Below, in pieces: positions 15,895 to 24,471 of a stretch of 64,000 nucleotides of DNA. The notes below the pieces were generated by a model. That model was given only the letters and a program-made list of their open reading frames with translations, was not told the origin of the DNA and ran no database searches. Made by a program: the position numbers and the translations under genes. Numbering within the stretch: position 1 is the stretch's first letter; every line of letters starts with the position of its first letter. Origin of the DNA: Verrucomicrobiota bacterium (lineage in GTDB: Bacteria; Verrucomicrobiota; Kiritimatiellia; SS1-B-03-39; UBA6053); assembly GCA_020831635.1 (NCBI GenBank), contig JAFIGC010000013.1:385-64384 (forward strand). The letters are read 5' to 3'.

Positions 15895-16862
15895 TTCGTC
15901 GTCCCCTCTTTTTTGCAATCCTCTTCGTCTTTGCCGCGCACGCCCAAGAAGCGGTTACGGAAGCCGCCTCGGATGATTCGACCGAATTCATCACCCGGGC
16001 CTACCACATTCCACCGACCCGATTCGGCGACCCTTTTGCAGAATTTCAGGTGCCTTCCGCCGATCGTGGCGATGAAGCGTTGCCTTGGGCCCGAAAGGTG
16101 GCCACGGAAGCGGATACCCTGGAATTTTTCGCGTCCACCTTCAATATCGATTTTCCCGAGGGCAGCCGGATTCGGGTGTTGCGCGCGACGACGGGCCTTA
16201 CCGTGATCCTTCACAATACCCGCCGCAATCACGAGCGCTTCCAGACCATATTGCGCTTGAACGGCGTTTGGTCGGCCAATATTCGGGTCGTTTGGCGGGT
16301 GGTGAGCATGCCCAACGACGTTGTGGATCCCTTGGAGCGTGAAGCCGGCGGGGATCTGGATGACGAAACCCTCTTGGACCTCTGGAAACAGGGGCACGGA
16401 GAAAACCTGGCCACCCAAACGCTCATGAGTATAAATGGGGCGAACAACATATTGACCCTGAGCGACGAAATCATTTATCCCGCGGATATGGATACGCACG
16501 GGGAAGAGAATCCTCAGGTGATTTATGGAAATTTTCAGAAACGTGACGCGGGATTCATCCTGAACGTAACCCCCGTCATTCAACCGGGTTTTGAGACGAT
16601 TTCGTTGACCCTGCTCCCGGAAGTGGTGGAGTATCGCGGTCACCTCCCCAATGTTCCCGAAACCCTGGCACCGCTCAGTCCGCTGTTTCGCACATTGAGC
16701 TATACGGGTTCCATCGAAATCCCCAACGGCGGCACCCGCATGGTGGGCATGAGCAACAACCACGACGGCACGCACCGCATTTTGATGTTCATCGGCGCCA
16801 CCGCGATCGAGCCCGACGGCACCCCGGTCAAGCCGCTGGACACGGGCCTTTTTCAGGAGTGA
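15891..16862 (+). CDS. Secreted protein with secretin-like N-domain and short secretin-core-like C-terminus (tandem paralog)
   Basis: ATGA overlap with the upstream gene. Signal peptide is MIRRPLFFAILFVFAAHAQE. The segment GFILNVTPVIQPGFETISLTLLPEVVEY...PLFRTLSYTGSIEIPNGGTRMVGM parallels 14845-15894, as do the shared LPWARK/R and DLWxxGxGE motifs. Confidence 0.5.
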   Translation: MIRRPLFFAILFVFAAHAQEAVTEAASDDSTEFITRAYHIPPTRFGDPFAEFQVPSADRGDEALPWARKVATEADTLEFFASTFNIDFPEGSRIRVLRATTGLTVILHNTRRNHERFQTILRLNGVWSANIRVVWRVVSMPNDVVDPLEREAGGDLDDETLLDLWKQGHGENLATQTLMSINGANNILTLSDEIIYPADMDTHGEENPQVIYGNFQKRDAGFILNVTPVIQPGFETISLTLLPEVVEYRGHLPNVPETLAPLSPLFRTLSYTGSIEIPNGGTRMVGMSNNHDGTHRILMFIGATAIEPDGTPVKPLDTGLFQE

Positions 16863-16876
16863 GTTGCGTTGTCAGG

Positions 16877-17311
16877 TCACCGCCAGCGGTGTCCGCATTC
16901 TTCGCATTCAAAGCGGGGCCAACGAAACAGCAGGTTGAAAACTCCCAACGTGGCCACCAGGAGAATGGCGAATAAAAAGGGGCGTTTGATGAACTTGGCG
17001 TTCGTGGCCCTGCATTCCGGGCAGGTTCTTTCCAGGGCGGAGGCATCGTCCATACGTCGTTGATAATAGTCCTTGAGCACTTCCCGGGCCTTTTCCGCAT
17101 CCTCCTCCGCCACCACAATGCGGATGCCGCCGATGGCGTTGGATAGAATCGGGTCCACGGCCAAGGTGTATTCCCCCTCTTGTTCGGAGGTAATGTCATT
17201 GGCCTCCAGTTCCATTTGCAGGAGGCTGGCATCCAGCGGCTGGGGGGCATTCCCCACCACCACGCGGTGGGTACCGGGTTGGAGGCTTTGGCGTTCTTCG
17301 TATTCATTCAT
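16877..17311 (-). CDS. DUF2007-like small protein with C-terminal zinc-ribbon pair flanking a TM helix
   Basis: Start set at the internal ATG (complement of 17309-17311), MNEYEERQ... The pattern VVVGNAPQPLDASLLQMELEANDI...IRIVVAEEDAEKAREVLKDY matches the DUF2007 fold pattern. It is followed by CPEC...TM (RPFLFAILLVATLGVFNLLF)...CEECGHRW. Confidence 0.55.
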   Translation of the reverse strand: MNEYEERQSLQPGTHRVVVGNAPQPLDASLLQMELEANDITSEQEGEYTLAVDPILSNAIGGIRIVVAEEDAEKAREVLKDYYQRRMDDASALERTCPECRATNAKFIKRPFLFAILLVATLGVFNLLFRWPRFECEECGHRWR

Positions 17312-17506
17312 GGGATTGGGAGACCTTGGGGACCGGGCGGACCGGAGGGGGTGTTGACATGCAAAATGGGGGAAATCCACCGAAGGGTCAAGGTTTTCCG
17401 AGCCTCGGAACGCGTTTTGTTTTGTCTTCCGACACTCGGAACCCCCCTTTGTCCACCTCAAGTGTCATGCGGAGTGTCATGTGGAGTGCCGTGCAAGTCC
17501 CCTTGT

Positions 17507-17538
17507 AAAAAAAATAAAACCCCTTGGAAACCAAGGGG
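17507..17538 (-). terminator. Rho-independent terminator downstream of tRNA-His
   Basis: On the minus strand the stem CCCCTTGG, loop TTT and stem CCAAGGGG are followed by TTTTATTTTTTTT. The hairpin begins 6 nt after the tRNA 3-prime end. Confidence 0.75.
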
Positions 17539-17544
17539 TTAAAA

Positions 17545-17622
17545 TGGGGTGAGTAACGGGATTTGAACCCGCGGCCTCCAGTGCCACAAACTGGCGCTCT
17601 AACCAACTGAGCTATACCCACC
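17545..17622 (-). tRNA. tRNA-His (anticodon GTG), with encoded G-1 and 3-prime CCA
   Basis: The reverse complement is GGTGGGTATAGCTCAGTTGGTTAGAGCGCCAGTTTGTGGCACTGGAGGCCGCGGGTTCAAATCCCGTTACTCACCCCA. Acceptor stem is GTGGGTA/TACTCAC, D stem GCTC/GAGC, anticodon stem CCAGT/ACTGG with loop TTGTGGC, and T arm GCGGG-TTCAAAT-CCCGT. The extra 5-prime G opposite C73 is typical of tRNA-His. Confidence 0.95.
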
Positions 17623-17638
17623 ATGTTTGAGGGGCAGT

Positions 17639-17666
17639 TCTATACTGCGTTCCGCGTGCCTTGGAA
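17639..17666 (-). promoter_or_regulatory. Candidate sigma70-type promoter for tRNA-His
   Basis: On the minus strand TTCCAA, a 16-nt spacer and TATAGA lie with the -10 element ending about 17 nt upstream of the mature tRNA 5-prime end. This is pattern matching only. Confidence 0.3.
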
Positions 17667-17757
17667 AGAAAAAAAACGGAATTTTCCCGAAGGTTCGCGA
17701 GTTGTTCGTGAATCGGGTTTGCCTTTGTGTGTGGCTTGCATATGATAACGGGTGTCT

Positions 17758-18864
17758 ATGGAACAATCAGCGCCTCAACTTCATATTGCCTTGGCCTGCG
17801 GGGGAACCGGCGGGCATATCTTTCCGGGTCTTGCCACTGCGGAGGTGCTCCATGCCCGCGGGCATCGGATCACGTTGTGGTTGGCGGGCAAGGATATTGA
17901 GGCGGAGGCGGTGGGGGATCGTCCGTGGACCCGTCACACGGTGCCGGCGAAGGGCTTTGAGGGAGGGATGTCGCAGGTGCCGAAGATCGTGTGGGGCTTG
18001 ATGATGGCGAAACGGGCTTCGGTGAAGACGATGTCGAAGGATGTGCCGGACGTTTTGCTGGGCATGGGCAGTTATGCCTGTTCGGGTCCGGTGAGCGCGG
18101 CCCTGAATTTGGGGGTGCCGGTGGTGCTGCACGAGGCGAATGCGGTGCCGGGCAAGGCGGTGGATTTTTTCGCGCGGCGGGCCACGCGGGTGGCGGCGAG
18201 CTTTGAGATGACGCGTCACGCCTTGAAAAACAAGGCGCGTTTGCATATCACGGGGTTGCCTTTGCGGGAGGATTTGGCCAAGGCTTCGCTGGCGCCGCGG
18301 CGTGAAAAGGGTCCGGATGAACCGTTCCGCATCCTGTGCATGGGCGGTTCGCGGGGAGCCCGGGCTTTGAATTTGATCGTGCGCCGGGCGGTGCGGGAGT
18401 TGCACAAGCGGGAACCGAATTTGTTTATTACGCATCTGACGGGTCACGAGGACGAGGAATCGGTGCGCACCTGCTACGAAAACGCGGGGATTCCGCATCG
18501 GGTGGCCGCGTTTGAGCACAATATGGCGGGGGTGTATCATGAAACGGATTTGGCGGTGTGCCGGGCGGGTGCGGCCACCTGCGCGGAATTGAGTGTGTTT
18601 GGGATTCCCGCGCTTTTGGTGCCTTATCCGTATGCGGCCCGGGATCATCAGACCGCGAACGCGGAGGAGTTTTCCCGCTTGAAGGCGGCGGATATGATTG
18701 CGGAGCGGGATTTGGGGGTGGATTGGCTGGCGGAATATTTCGAGGGCAGCATGCACTCGCCGGAACGTTTGCAGCGCATGCGCGCGGCTTCGCGCAAGCG
18801 GGGCATTACCGACGCGGCGGCGCGGCTGGCGGATTTGGTGGAGGAGGCGGCGGCCGATGAATGA
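17758..18864 (+). CDS. murG: UDP-N-acetylglucosamine--N-acetylmuramyl-(pentapeptide)-pyrophosphoryl-undecaprenol GlcNAc transferase
   Basis: N-terminal IALACGGTGGHIFPGLATAEVL is the MurG G-loop; length is about 368 aa. It sits in a dcw-cluster context. ATG 17758 is preferred over GTG 17752. Confidence 0.9.
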   Translation: MEQSAPQLHIALACGGTGGHIFPGLATAEVLHARGHRITLWLAGKDIEAEAVGDRPWTRHTVPAKGFEGGMSQVPKIVWGLMMAKRASVKTMSKDVPDVLLGMGSYACSGPVSAALNLGVPVVLHEANAVPGKAVDFFARRATRVAASFEMTRHALKNKARLHITGLPLREDLAKASLAPRREKGPDEPFRILCMGGSRGARALNLIVRRAVRELHKREPNLFITHLTGHEDEESVRTCYENAGIPHRVAAFEHNMAGVYHETDLAVCRAGAATCAELSVFGIPALLVPYPYAARDHQTANAEEFSRLKAADMIAERDLGVDWLAEYFEGSMHSPERLQRMRAASRKRGITDAAARLADLVEEAAADE

Positions 18865-20233
18865 TTTGCCCGCGCATTGGCTGGCTTCGCCCACAAGGGT
18901 GCATTTGATCGGCGTGGGCGGCGTGGGCATGGCGGGCGTGGCCCGTTTGCTGCAACAGGGTGGTTTTGTCTTGAGCGGTTCGGATACGGCGCCGAATCGG
19001 CTGACGGAGGGGTTTCAGGCCAAGGGCGGGCGTTTTTTTCGGGGTCATGCGGTCGCGCATCTGGATGACGATGTGGTTTGGGCGGTGCGGACGCCGGCGG
19101 TGGGGGAGGACAATCCGGAGGTGGCGGCCCTGCGGGCCCGTCACATTCCAGTGTTTGCCCGCGGGGATGTGTTGGCGGCCTTCAGTCGTCAAAGGCAAAC
19201 TGTGGCGGTGGCGGGTGCCCATGGCAAGACCACCACCTCGGCGATGTTGACGCATTTACTGCGCAATGCGGGGATCGAATGCGGCTACGCCATTGGCGGG
19301 GAGACGGGTTTTCCCGGTAGGGTGGGGGATGCGGGAACTTCGCCTTGGTTTGTGTGTGAGGCGGATGAAAGCGACGGGACGCTGGTGCAATACGCGCCCG
19401 AAATCGGGGTGCTGACGCATGTGGAATGGGATCATGTGGAGCGTTTTTCCTCGGAAGCGGCCTTGATGCGCTGTTACCGCGCGTTTGCGAGGCGTTGCGG
19501 CACCTTGGTGGTGCGCGCGGATGACGCGTTGGCGATGGAAATCGCGGCGGATCATCCCCGGGTGATTCGGGTGGGGGAAAACCCCAAATTGCTTTCCGCG
19601 CAAAGCGATCCGACGGGTCAGGAGATGGAAGTCGAGGTGGACGGGCAAATCAGTCGGTTGCGTTTGCCCTTGCCGGGGAAGCATCAGGCGTGGAACGCTT
19701 TGTTGGCGATCACGGCGGCCCATTGCGCCTGCGGGGTGTCGAGGTTCGATTTGTCCGATTTTGTTTCGGTGGGGCGGCGTTTTGAGCGGCATGAGGTCGC
19801 GGGGGTGACGGTGATCCACGATTATGCCCACCATCCCACGGAGGTGCGGGCGTTGATGGATTCGGTGCGGGCGCTGGGGGATCGTCGGGTGGTGGCCGCG
19901 TTTCAGCCGCACCGTTACAGCCGGACCCGGCATTTGCTGGAAGGCTTTGCGGACGCGTTTCGCGGGGTGGCTTCCCTGCATTTGTTGCCCGTGTACGCGG
20001 CTTCGGAAGGGCGTGAGCGCGGGGTGGACTCCGATGCGCTGGCGGTTTGTTGCCGGCAACGGAACCCCGGATTGGCGGTGGGGTTCCATCGTTCCCGGAC
20101 GGAACTGGCGGGGGCGGTGATGAAAGAACTTGGCCCCGAAGACATTTTCATGGTTGTCGGAGCCGGGGATATCCTTATGGTAGTCCCCATGATCTTGGAA
20201 CAACTCAAAGAAAAGGAAATTGCCCATGCCTGA
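18857..20233 (+). CDS. murC: UDP-N-acetylmuramate--L-alanine ligase
   Basis: Start at ATG 18857 (overlaps the murG stop). Motifs are HLIGVGGVGMAGVARLL and the Mur-ligase P-loop GAHGKTTTSAM. The ORF-track N-terminal extension from 18698 overlaps murG and is Arg/Trp-rich. Confidence 0.9.
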   Translation: MNDLPAHWLASPTRVHLIGVGGVGMAGVARLLQQGGFVLSGSDTAPNRLTEGFQAKGGRFFRGHAVAHLDDDVVWAVRTPAVGEDNPEVAALRARHIPVFARGDVLAAFSRQRQTVAVAGAHGKTTTSAMLTHLLRNAGIECGYAIGGETGFPGRVGDAGTSPWFVCEADESDGTLVQYAPEIGVLTHVEWDHVERFSSEAALMRCYRAFARRCGTLVVRADDALAMEIAADHPRVIRVGENPKLLSAQSDPTGQEMEVEVDGQISRLRLPLPGKHQAWNALLAITAAHCACGVSRFDLSDFVSVGRRFERHEVAGVTVIHDYAHHPTEVRALMDSVRALGDRRVVAAFQPHRYSRTRHLLEGFADAFRGVASLHLLPVYAASEGRERGVDSDALAVCCRQRNPGLAVGFHRSRTELAGAVMKELGPEDIFMVVGAGDILMVVPMILEQLKEKEIAHA

Positions 20234-21152
20234 ACGCTTTCAACATGTGGCCGTACTCAAAGGGGGACCTGGCGCCGAGCGGGAGGTGTCCCTGCGCTCC
20301 GGCGCGGCGGTAGCGGCGGGATTGCGCGATGCGGGATACACGGTGGACGAGGTGGAGGTGCGGCGCTTGGATTTCACCCTGCCCGCGGGCGTGGAGGCGG
20401 TGTTTCCGGTGTTGCACGGCGAATTTGGCGAAGATGGCATGGTCCAAAGGCGTCTGGAGGAATTGGGGGCGCCGTATGTGGGCGGACGCAGTTGGGAGAT
20501 GCCGCGTAGTTTTGACAAGGAAATCTCCCACGCCCTACTTGCCGCCAATGGACTGCCGGTGGCGACCCACGAAATGATCACGGCGGGCATGAAACCCACG
20601 TTACCGTTGCCCTTGGTGTTGAAAGCGCCGCGGCAGGGGTCGAGCATTGGCGTGGAAATCGTGCGGGAGGCCGGACAATTGGACGGGGCCCTGGCGCGAA
20701 CCTTTGTCCACGGACCCCGGGTTTTGGTGGAAGCGTACGTGCCGGGACGGGAATGTACGGTCGGGTTTTTGGGGGACGACGCCTTGCCGCTCATTGAAAT
20801 CGTGCCCGCGGAGGGCGCGTATGATTTTCAGGCCAAATACGAGCGAAACGACACCCGATACCTGGTGCCGGCCCCGTTTCCGGCGGATTGGATGGAAAAA
20901 ATCAACGCCCTTGCCCGCCGTGCCTATTCGGTTTTGGGGGGGCGTCACCTGGGTCGCGTCGATTTTCGAGTGACAGAGGATGGACAGCCCGTTATTCTTG
21001 AGTTAAACCCATTGCCGGGCTTTACCGCCACCAGTTTGCTGCCGAAGGCGGCCGCGGCGGCGGGCATGGACTTTGCCACCCTGTGCGCCCGCATTATGAA
21101 TATGGCCGAATCCCAAAGTGAATGTATGGAGACCGAAACGACGAGCCCATGA
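20226..21152 (+). CDS. ddl: D-alanine--D-alanine ligase
   Basis: Motifs VAVLKGGPGAEREVSLRSG and VLHGEFGEDGMVQRRLEELGAPYVG, with an ATP-grasp C-terminus GRVDFRV...ILELNPLPGFT. ATG 20226 lies 8 nt after GGA; the ORF-track start at 20220 is TTG. Confidence 0.9.
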   Translation: MPERFQHVAVLKGGPGAEREVSLRSGAAVAAGLRDAGYTVDEVEVRRLDFTLPAGVEAVFPVLHGEFGEDGMVQRRLEELGAPYVGGRSWEMPRSFDKEISHALLAANGLPVATHEMITAGMKPTLPLPLVLKAPRQGSSIGVEIVREAGQLDGALARTFVHGPRVLVEAYVPGRECTVGFLGDDALPLIEIVPAEGAYDFQAKYERNDTRYLVPAPFPADWMEKINALARRAYSVLGGRHLGRVDFRVTEDGQPVILELNPLPGFTATSLLPKAAAAAGMDFATLCARIMNMAESQSECMETETTSP

Positions 21153-22015
21153 AAAAAGGACCCCCGAAATCCCAGCGCGTGAAACGCAAGAAATCCAAGA
21201 CGATTTCCGGCGGCCTGCTGCAGGTGAACGCCAAGGCCACGGCGGCGCCTGCGGGCCTGGCCATGCCGCCCGTGATCGCCATTGTGGTGATGGGGTTGTG
21301 TTGTCTGGTGATTGCGTGGGGCTTGGGGCGGGGGGTGGGGGGGTGGGGGCGCTTGTTGTTCACGGAAAACGACAGATTCAATTTGCAGCGGATCGAAGCC
21401 CGCACCGACGGGGTGATTTCTGAGGCGTTGTTTGTGCAGTGGTCGGGCGTGAACCTGAATGAAAATCTGTTCCAAATCAATTTAAACAGCGTTCGTACCG
21501 AGCTTGAATCCCATCCCATTGTCCGCCGGGCGGTGGTGCGGCGGAAGTTGCCCGCCAATCTGGAAATCATCATCAATGAACGGGTGCCGATCGCGCGCAT
21601 GGGGCAGGTGGACGGCAACATGAGCTGGCTGGTGGACGCGGAGGGGATCATCATCCGCAAAAGCGTGCGGGATCAGCATTTGCCCCTGTTGTTGGGCGCA
21701 CCTGCCGAGGCAACGCTTGGGGATGATATTTCCCGAGGGCGTTCGGGGGCAGCCTTGGAAGTGCTGGCCCGTCTGCGGGAAATGCCGGCCTTGAAACGGG
21801 AGCTTTTCGAAGTCCAACAGGTCAATGTGCGGCACCCCGATTTTCTGGAATTCCGTTTGCGGAACGGGATCACGGTGTTTTTGCCCTTGGAGGGCGATGC
21901 CCGGGCACGCTTGGAGAAGGCGACGCGCATTTTGGATGAAAACCAGCGTTTGGATCCTCCCCGCAACGAAATCAGCATTTTGCCTTCCGGTCCCAATCAC
22001 ATAGGAGCCCGGTGA
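21149..22015 (+). CDS. ftsQ: Cell division protein FtsQ/DivIB (POTRA domain)
   Basis: ATGA overlap with the ddl stop. It has a basic N-terminus, a single TM (PPVIAIVVMGLCCLVIAWGL) and a POTRA-like segment FNLQRIEARTDGVISEALFVQWSGVNLNENLFQINLNSVRTELESHPIVRRAVVRRKLPANLEIIINERVPIA. It lies between ddl and ftsA. Confidence 0.8.
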   Translation: MKKGPPKSQRVKRKKSKTISGGLLQVNAKATAAPAGLAMPPVIAIVVMGLCCLVIAWGLGRGVGGWGRLLFTENDRFNLQRIEARTDGVISEALFVQWSGVNLNENLFQINLNSVRTELESHPIVRRAVVRRKLPANLEIIINERVPIARMGQVDGNMSWLVDAEGIIIRKSVRDQHLPLLLGAPAEATLGDDISRGRSGAALEVLARLREMPALKRELFEVQQVNVRHPDFLEFRLRNGITVFLPLEGDARARLEKATRILDENQRLDPPRNEISILPSGPNHIGAR

Positions 22016-22049
22016 TGCGCCAACCGTTTGCCTTGGAAAGTTTTCGTTT

Positions 22050-23252
22050 ATGAGTCATCCCATCGCCGTATTGGAAATTGGAACCTCGGAAGTTCGCGTC
22101 CTCGTGGCCGAACCCCGTGAAGATGGTCACTTGATGATTACCGGAGTCGGCGTGGCTCCTTCGCGCGGCATCCGGAAAAGCGAGGTCATTGATTTCGACA
22201 ATGCCTTGGCTTGCGTGAAAAGCGCGATTCAAGAGGCGGAAAACAACGCCCAGGTTTCGATTCAGGATGTGATGCTGGTCTTCAGCGGCGGTCATATCCG
22301 GCAGTTGATCAACCGGGGGACGGTGACGGTTTTGTCCGAAAACCGGGTGATTCAGCGGGAGGACATGGACGATGTCATGGAAAACGCGCGGGCGGTGAAT
22401 CTTCCCCCCGATCACGAAATTCTGCACAGCATTTATCAGCATTTTTATATCGATGATCAGCCCCGGGTGGTGAATCCGGACGGCATGATCGGCTCCAGGC
22501 TTTCGCTGGACATGTTGATCCTCTACGGGGTGCGCAACCGGGTGCGCAATCTCGTGCATGTGGCCGAGGAGGCGGCGGTGGAAGTGGCGGACGCCGCGTT
22601 CGGAGGGCTTTGCTCGGCTTTGGCGGTGCTGTCGCGTCAGCAAAAAGAGGGCGGGGCGATTGTGATTGATCTGGGGGCGGGCACCACCGACTATGTGCTC
22701 TATTCGGAACAAATTATCGCCCGGGCGGGGTCGATTGCGGTGGGCGGCGACCATGTGACCAATGACATTTCCCTGGGACTCAATCTTTCCGGCAGCCAGG
22801 CGGAAAGACTAAAGCGGAAGCATGGCGCGGCCATGATCGATTTGGGGGCGAGGGACCGCAAAATCCCGATTACCCCCGAAAGCGGGTATCCGGTCCGGGA
22901 AATCCAGTTGCGCGATCTCAATACGATCATGCACGCCCGGATGCAGGAGATTTTCGAGTTGGTGAAGTCGGACATTGGCAAGGAATCGTTGCGCAGGCGT
23001 TTTAGCGCCGGGGTGGTGTTGACCGGAGGCGGCGCCCGCATGGCTCGGGCCACGGAACTGGCGTCCCGGGTGTTTGAAATGCCCTGCCATATCGGCTTGC
23101 CCAAAGAAGTGACGGGTCTGGCCATGCCGGGAGAATCCCCCGAATATGCGGCCACGGTGGGGATGCTGAAATACGCGATGCGAAATCCCGGGGCCACCAG
23201 CCGGGGATTCTCGATCAAAAACATTTTCAAAACCCTGTTTCTGAAAGCCTGA
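22050..23252 (+). CDS. ftsA: Cell division protein FtsA (actin-like ATPase)
   Basis: Motifs VLEIGTSEVRVLVAE, IDLGAGTTDY and VLTGGGA. 400 aa, located immediately upstream of ftsZ. Confidence 0.9.
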   Translation: MSHPIAVLEIGTSEVRVLVAEPREDGHLMITGVGVAPSRGIRKSEVIDFDNALACVKSAIQEAENNAQVSIQDVMLVFSGGHIRQLINRGTVTVLSENRVIQREDMDDVMENARAVNLPPDHEILHSIYQHFYIDDQPRVVNPDGMIGSRLSLDMLILYGVRNRVRNLVHVAEEAAVEVADAAFGGLCSALAVLSRQQKEGGAIVIDLGAGTTDYVLYSEQIIARAGSIAVGGDHVTNDISLGLNLSGSQAERLKRKHGAAMIDLGARDRKIPITPESGYPVREIQLRDLNTIMHARMQEIFELVKSDIGKESLRRRFSAGVVLTGGGARMARATELASRVFEMPCHIGLPKEVTGLAMPGESPEYAATVGMLKYAMRNPGATSRGFSIKNIFKTLFLKA

Positions 23253-23260
23253 AGTTCCGA

Positions 23261-24469
23261 ATGAGCACCCCCGCACCCGCTTTCGACCCCGACGCCCCCC
23301 GCGATCCTTTGCGGATTCTGTTTCTCGCCCTCGGCAATGCGGGCATGCAGTTGATTGCCCACTTGCCGCGACGGGTGCCTGAATTGCATTATGCGGCCGT
23401 GGATACCGACGCCCAGGCGCTGGAGGCCTGCAAGTTTGAGAACAAACTTCTGATCGGCGAAGGCAAAACCGGGGGGCTGGGCACGGGCAGCAATCCGGAT
23501 TTGGCCCGTCAGTGCGCCGAAGCCCAGGATGAGGAGTTGGTGGATCTGCTGCGCGACATGCGGGTGGTGATTTTGGTGGGCGGACTCGGGGGCGGGACCT
23601 GTGGCGGGGTGGGCCCGTATTTGGCGGAACGGGCCCGCGACATGGGTTGCGTGGTATTGGCGGCGGTGGTGCGGCCCATGGAAGCGGAGGGCGGGCATCG
23701 TCGTCATGCCGCCGACGCGGCTCTGGCGCACTTCCGCGAACATTGTCAGGCGGTGACCCTGTTTCCGCTAGATGTCCTGCGGGAAGACAACGGCATGACC
23801 CTGCAGCGTCTGATCAGTCGCTGCGGTTTGGAAATCAGCCGGGCCTTGGGCGGCTTGGCGGTGCTGTTGCGCACCGGCTGGTTGTTGCCCTTGACCATAC
23901 AGGATATCATTCAGGTGATGCAGCGCGCGGATGGATATTGCCGATTGGTCGCGGTGTCGTCGGATGGCGAGGACCGTATGCCGGATGCGTTGGACACCTT
24001 GTTTGCCCATCCGCTGATCGACAAGGGGAGCCTGCTGGCGCACAGCGGCGGGGTGGTGATCGGAATTTTGTGCGGACCCAAAACCACGGTGCGCGAACTG
24101 GAGCATATCAGCGCGGAAATTCGTTCCGTGTTGCGCTCCGATGCCGAGTTGAAGATCGGCGTGGCCCAAGACGAGCGGTTTGGCAGTCATCTGGCCCTGG
24201 TGGCCATGGTGGCGGAGCGTTGGTCGGAACGGGCGGTGGCTTTGGAAGTGGTGAATCAGAAGGAGACGGATGAAGACACCGATGAGGAGGCCGCGCCGAC
24301 GGATCCCAAATTGGTGCAGGGGGAAATCGATCTGGGGGCCAATGCCAATGCCAACCATGCCCGCGGACGGTTCAAAGGGGCGGAACCGACCATCGTGGAA
24401 GGCATGGATCTGGACACGCCCACGTTTATTCGCAAGGGCATCCGCCTGAGCCCACCAATCAAGCGGTAG
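23261..24469 (+). CDS. ftsZ: Cell division GTPase FtsZ, divergent
   Basis: It lies in the dcw position after ftsA. The T3-like loop is GGLGTGSNPDLA, the T4 signature GGLGGGTCGGVGP and the T7 region LTIQDIIQVM. An acidic linker is followed by the C-terminal peptide LDTPTFIRKG, which resembles the FtsA-binding D-I-P-A-F-L-R-K motif. The T1 loop is degenerate (ALGNAGMQ instead of GGGGxNA). Confidence 0.8.
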   Translation: MSTPAPAFDPDAPRDPLRILFLALGNAGMQLIAHLPRRVPELHYAAVDTDAQALEACKFENKLLIGEGKTGGLGTGSNPDLARQCAEAQDEELVDLLRDMRVVILVGGLGGGTCGGVGPYLAERARDMGCVVLAAVVRPMEAEGGHRRHAADAALAHFREHCQAVTLFPLDVLREDNGMTLQRLISRCGLEISRALGGLAVLLRTGWLLPLTIQDIIQVMQRADGYCRLVAVSSDGEDRMPDALDTLFAHPLIDKGSLLAHSGGVVIGILCGPKTTVRELEHISAEIRSVLRSDAELKIGVAQDERFGSHLALVAMVAERWSERAVALEVVNQKETDEDTDEEAAPTDPKLVQGEIDLGANANANHARGRFKGAEPTIVEGMDLDTPTFIRKGIRLSPPIKR

Positions 24470-24471
24470 CC

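Noticed and set aside
17767-18930. 387-aa minus-strand ORF opposite murG
   Set aside because: Its translation is Arg/His/Pro-rich, whereas the plus-strand frame carries the MurG G-loop and dcw synteny.
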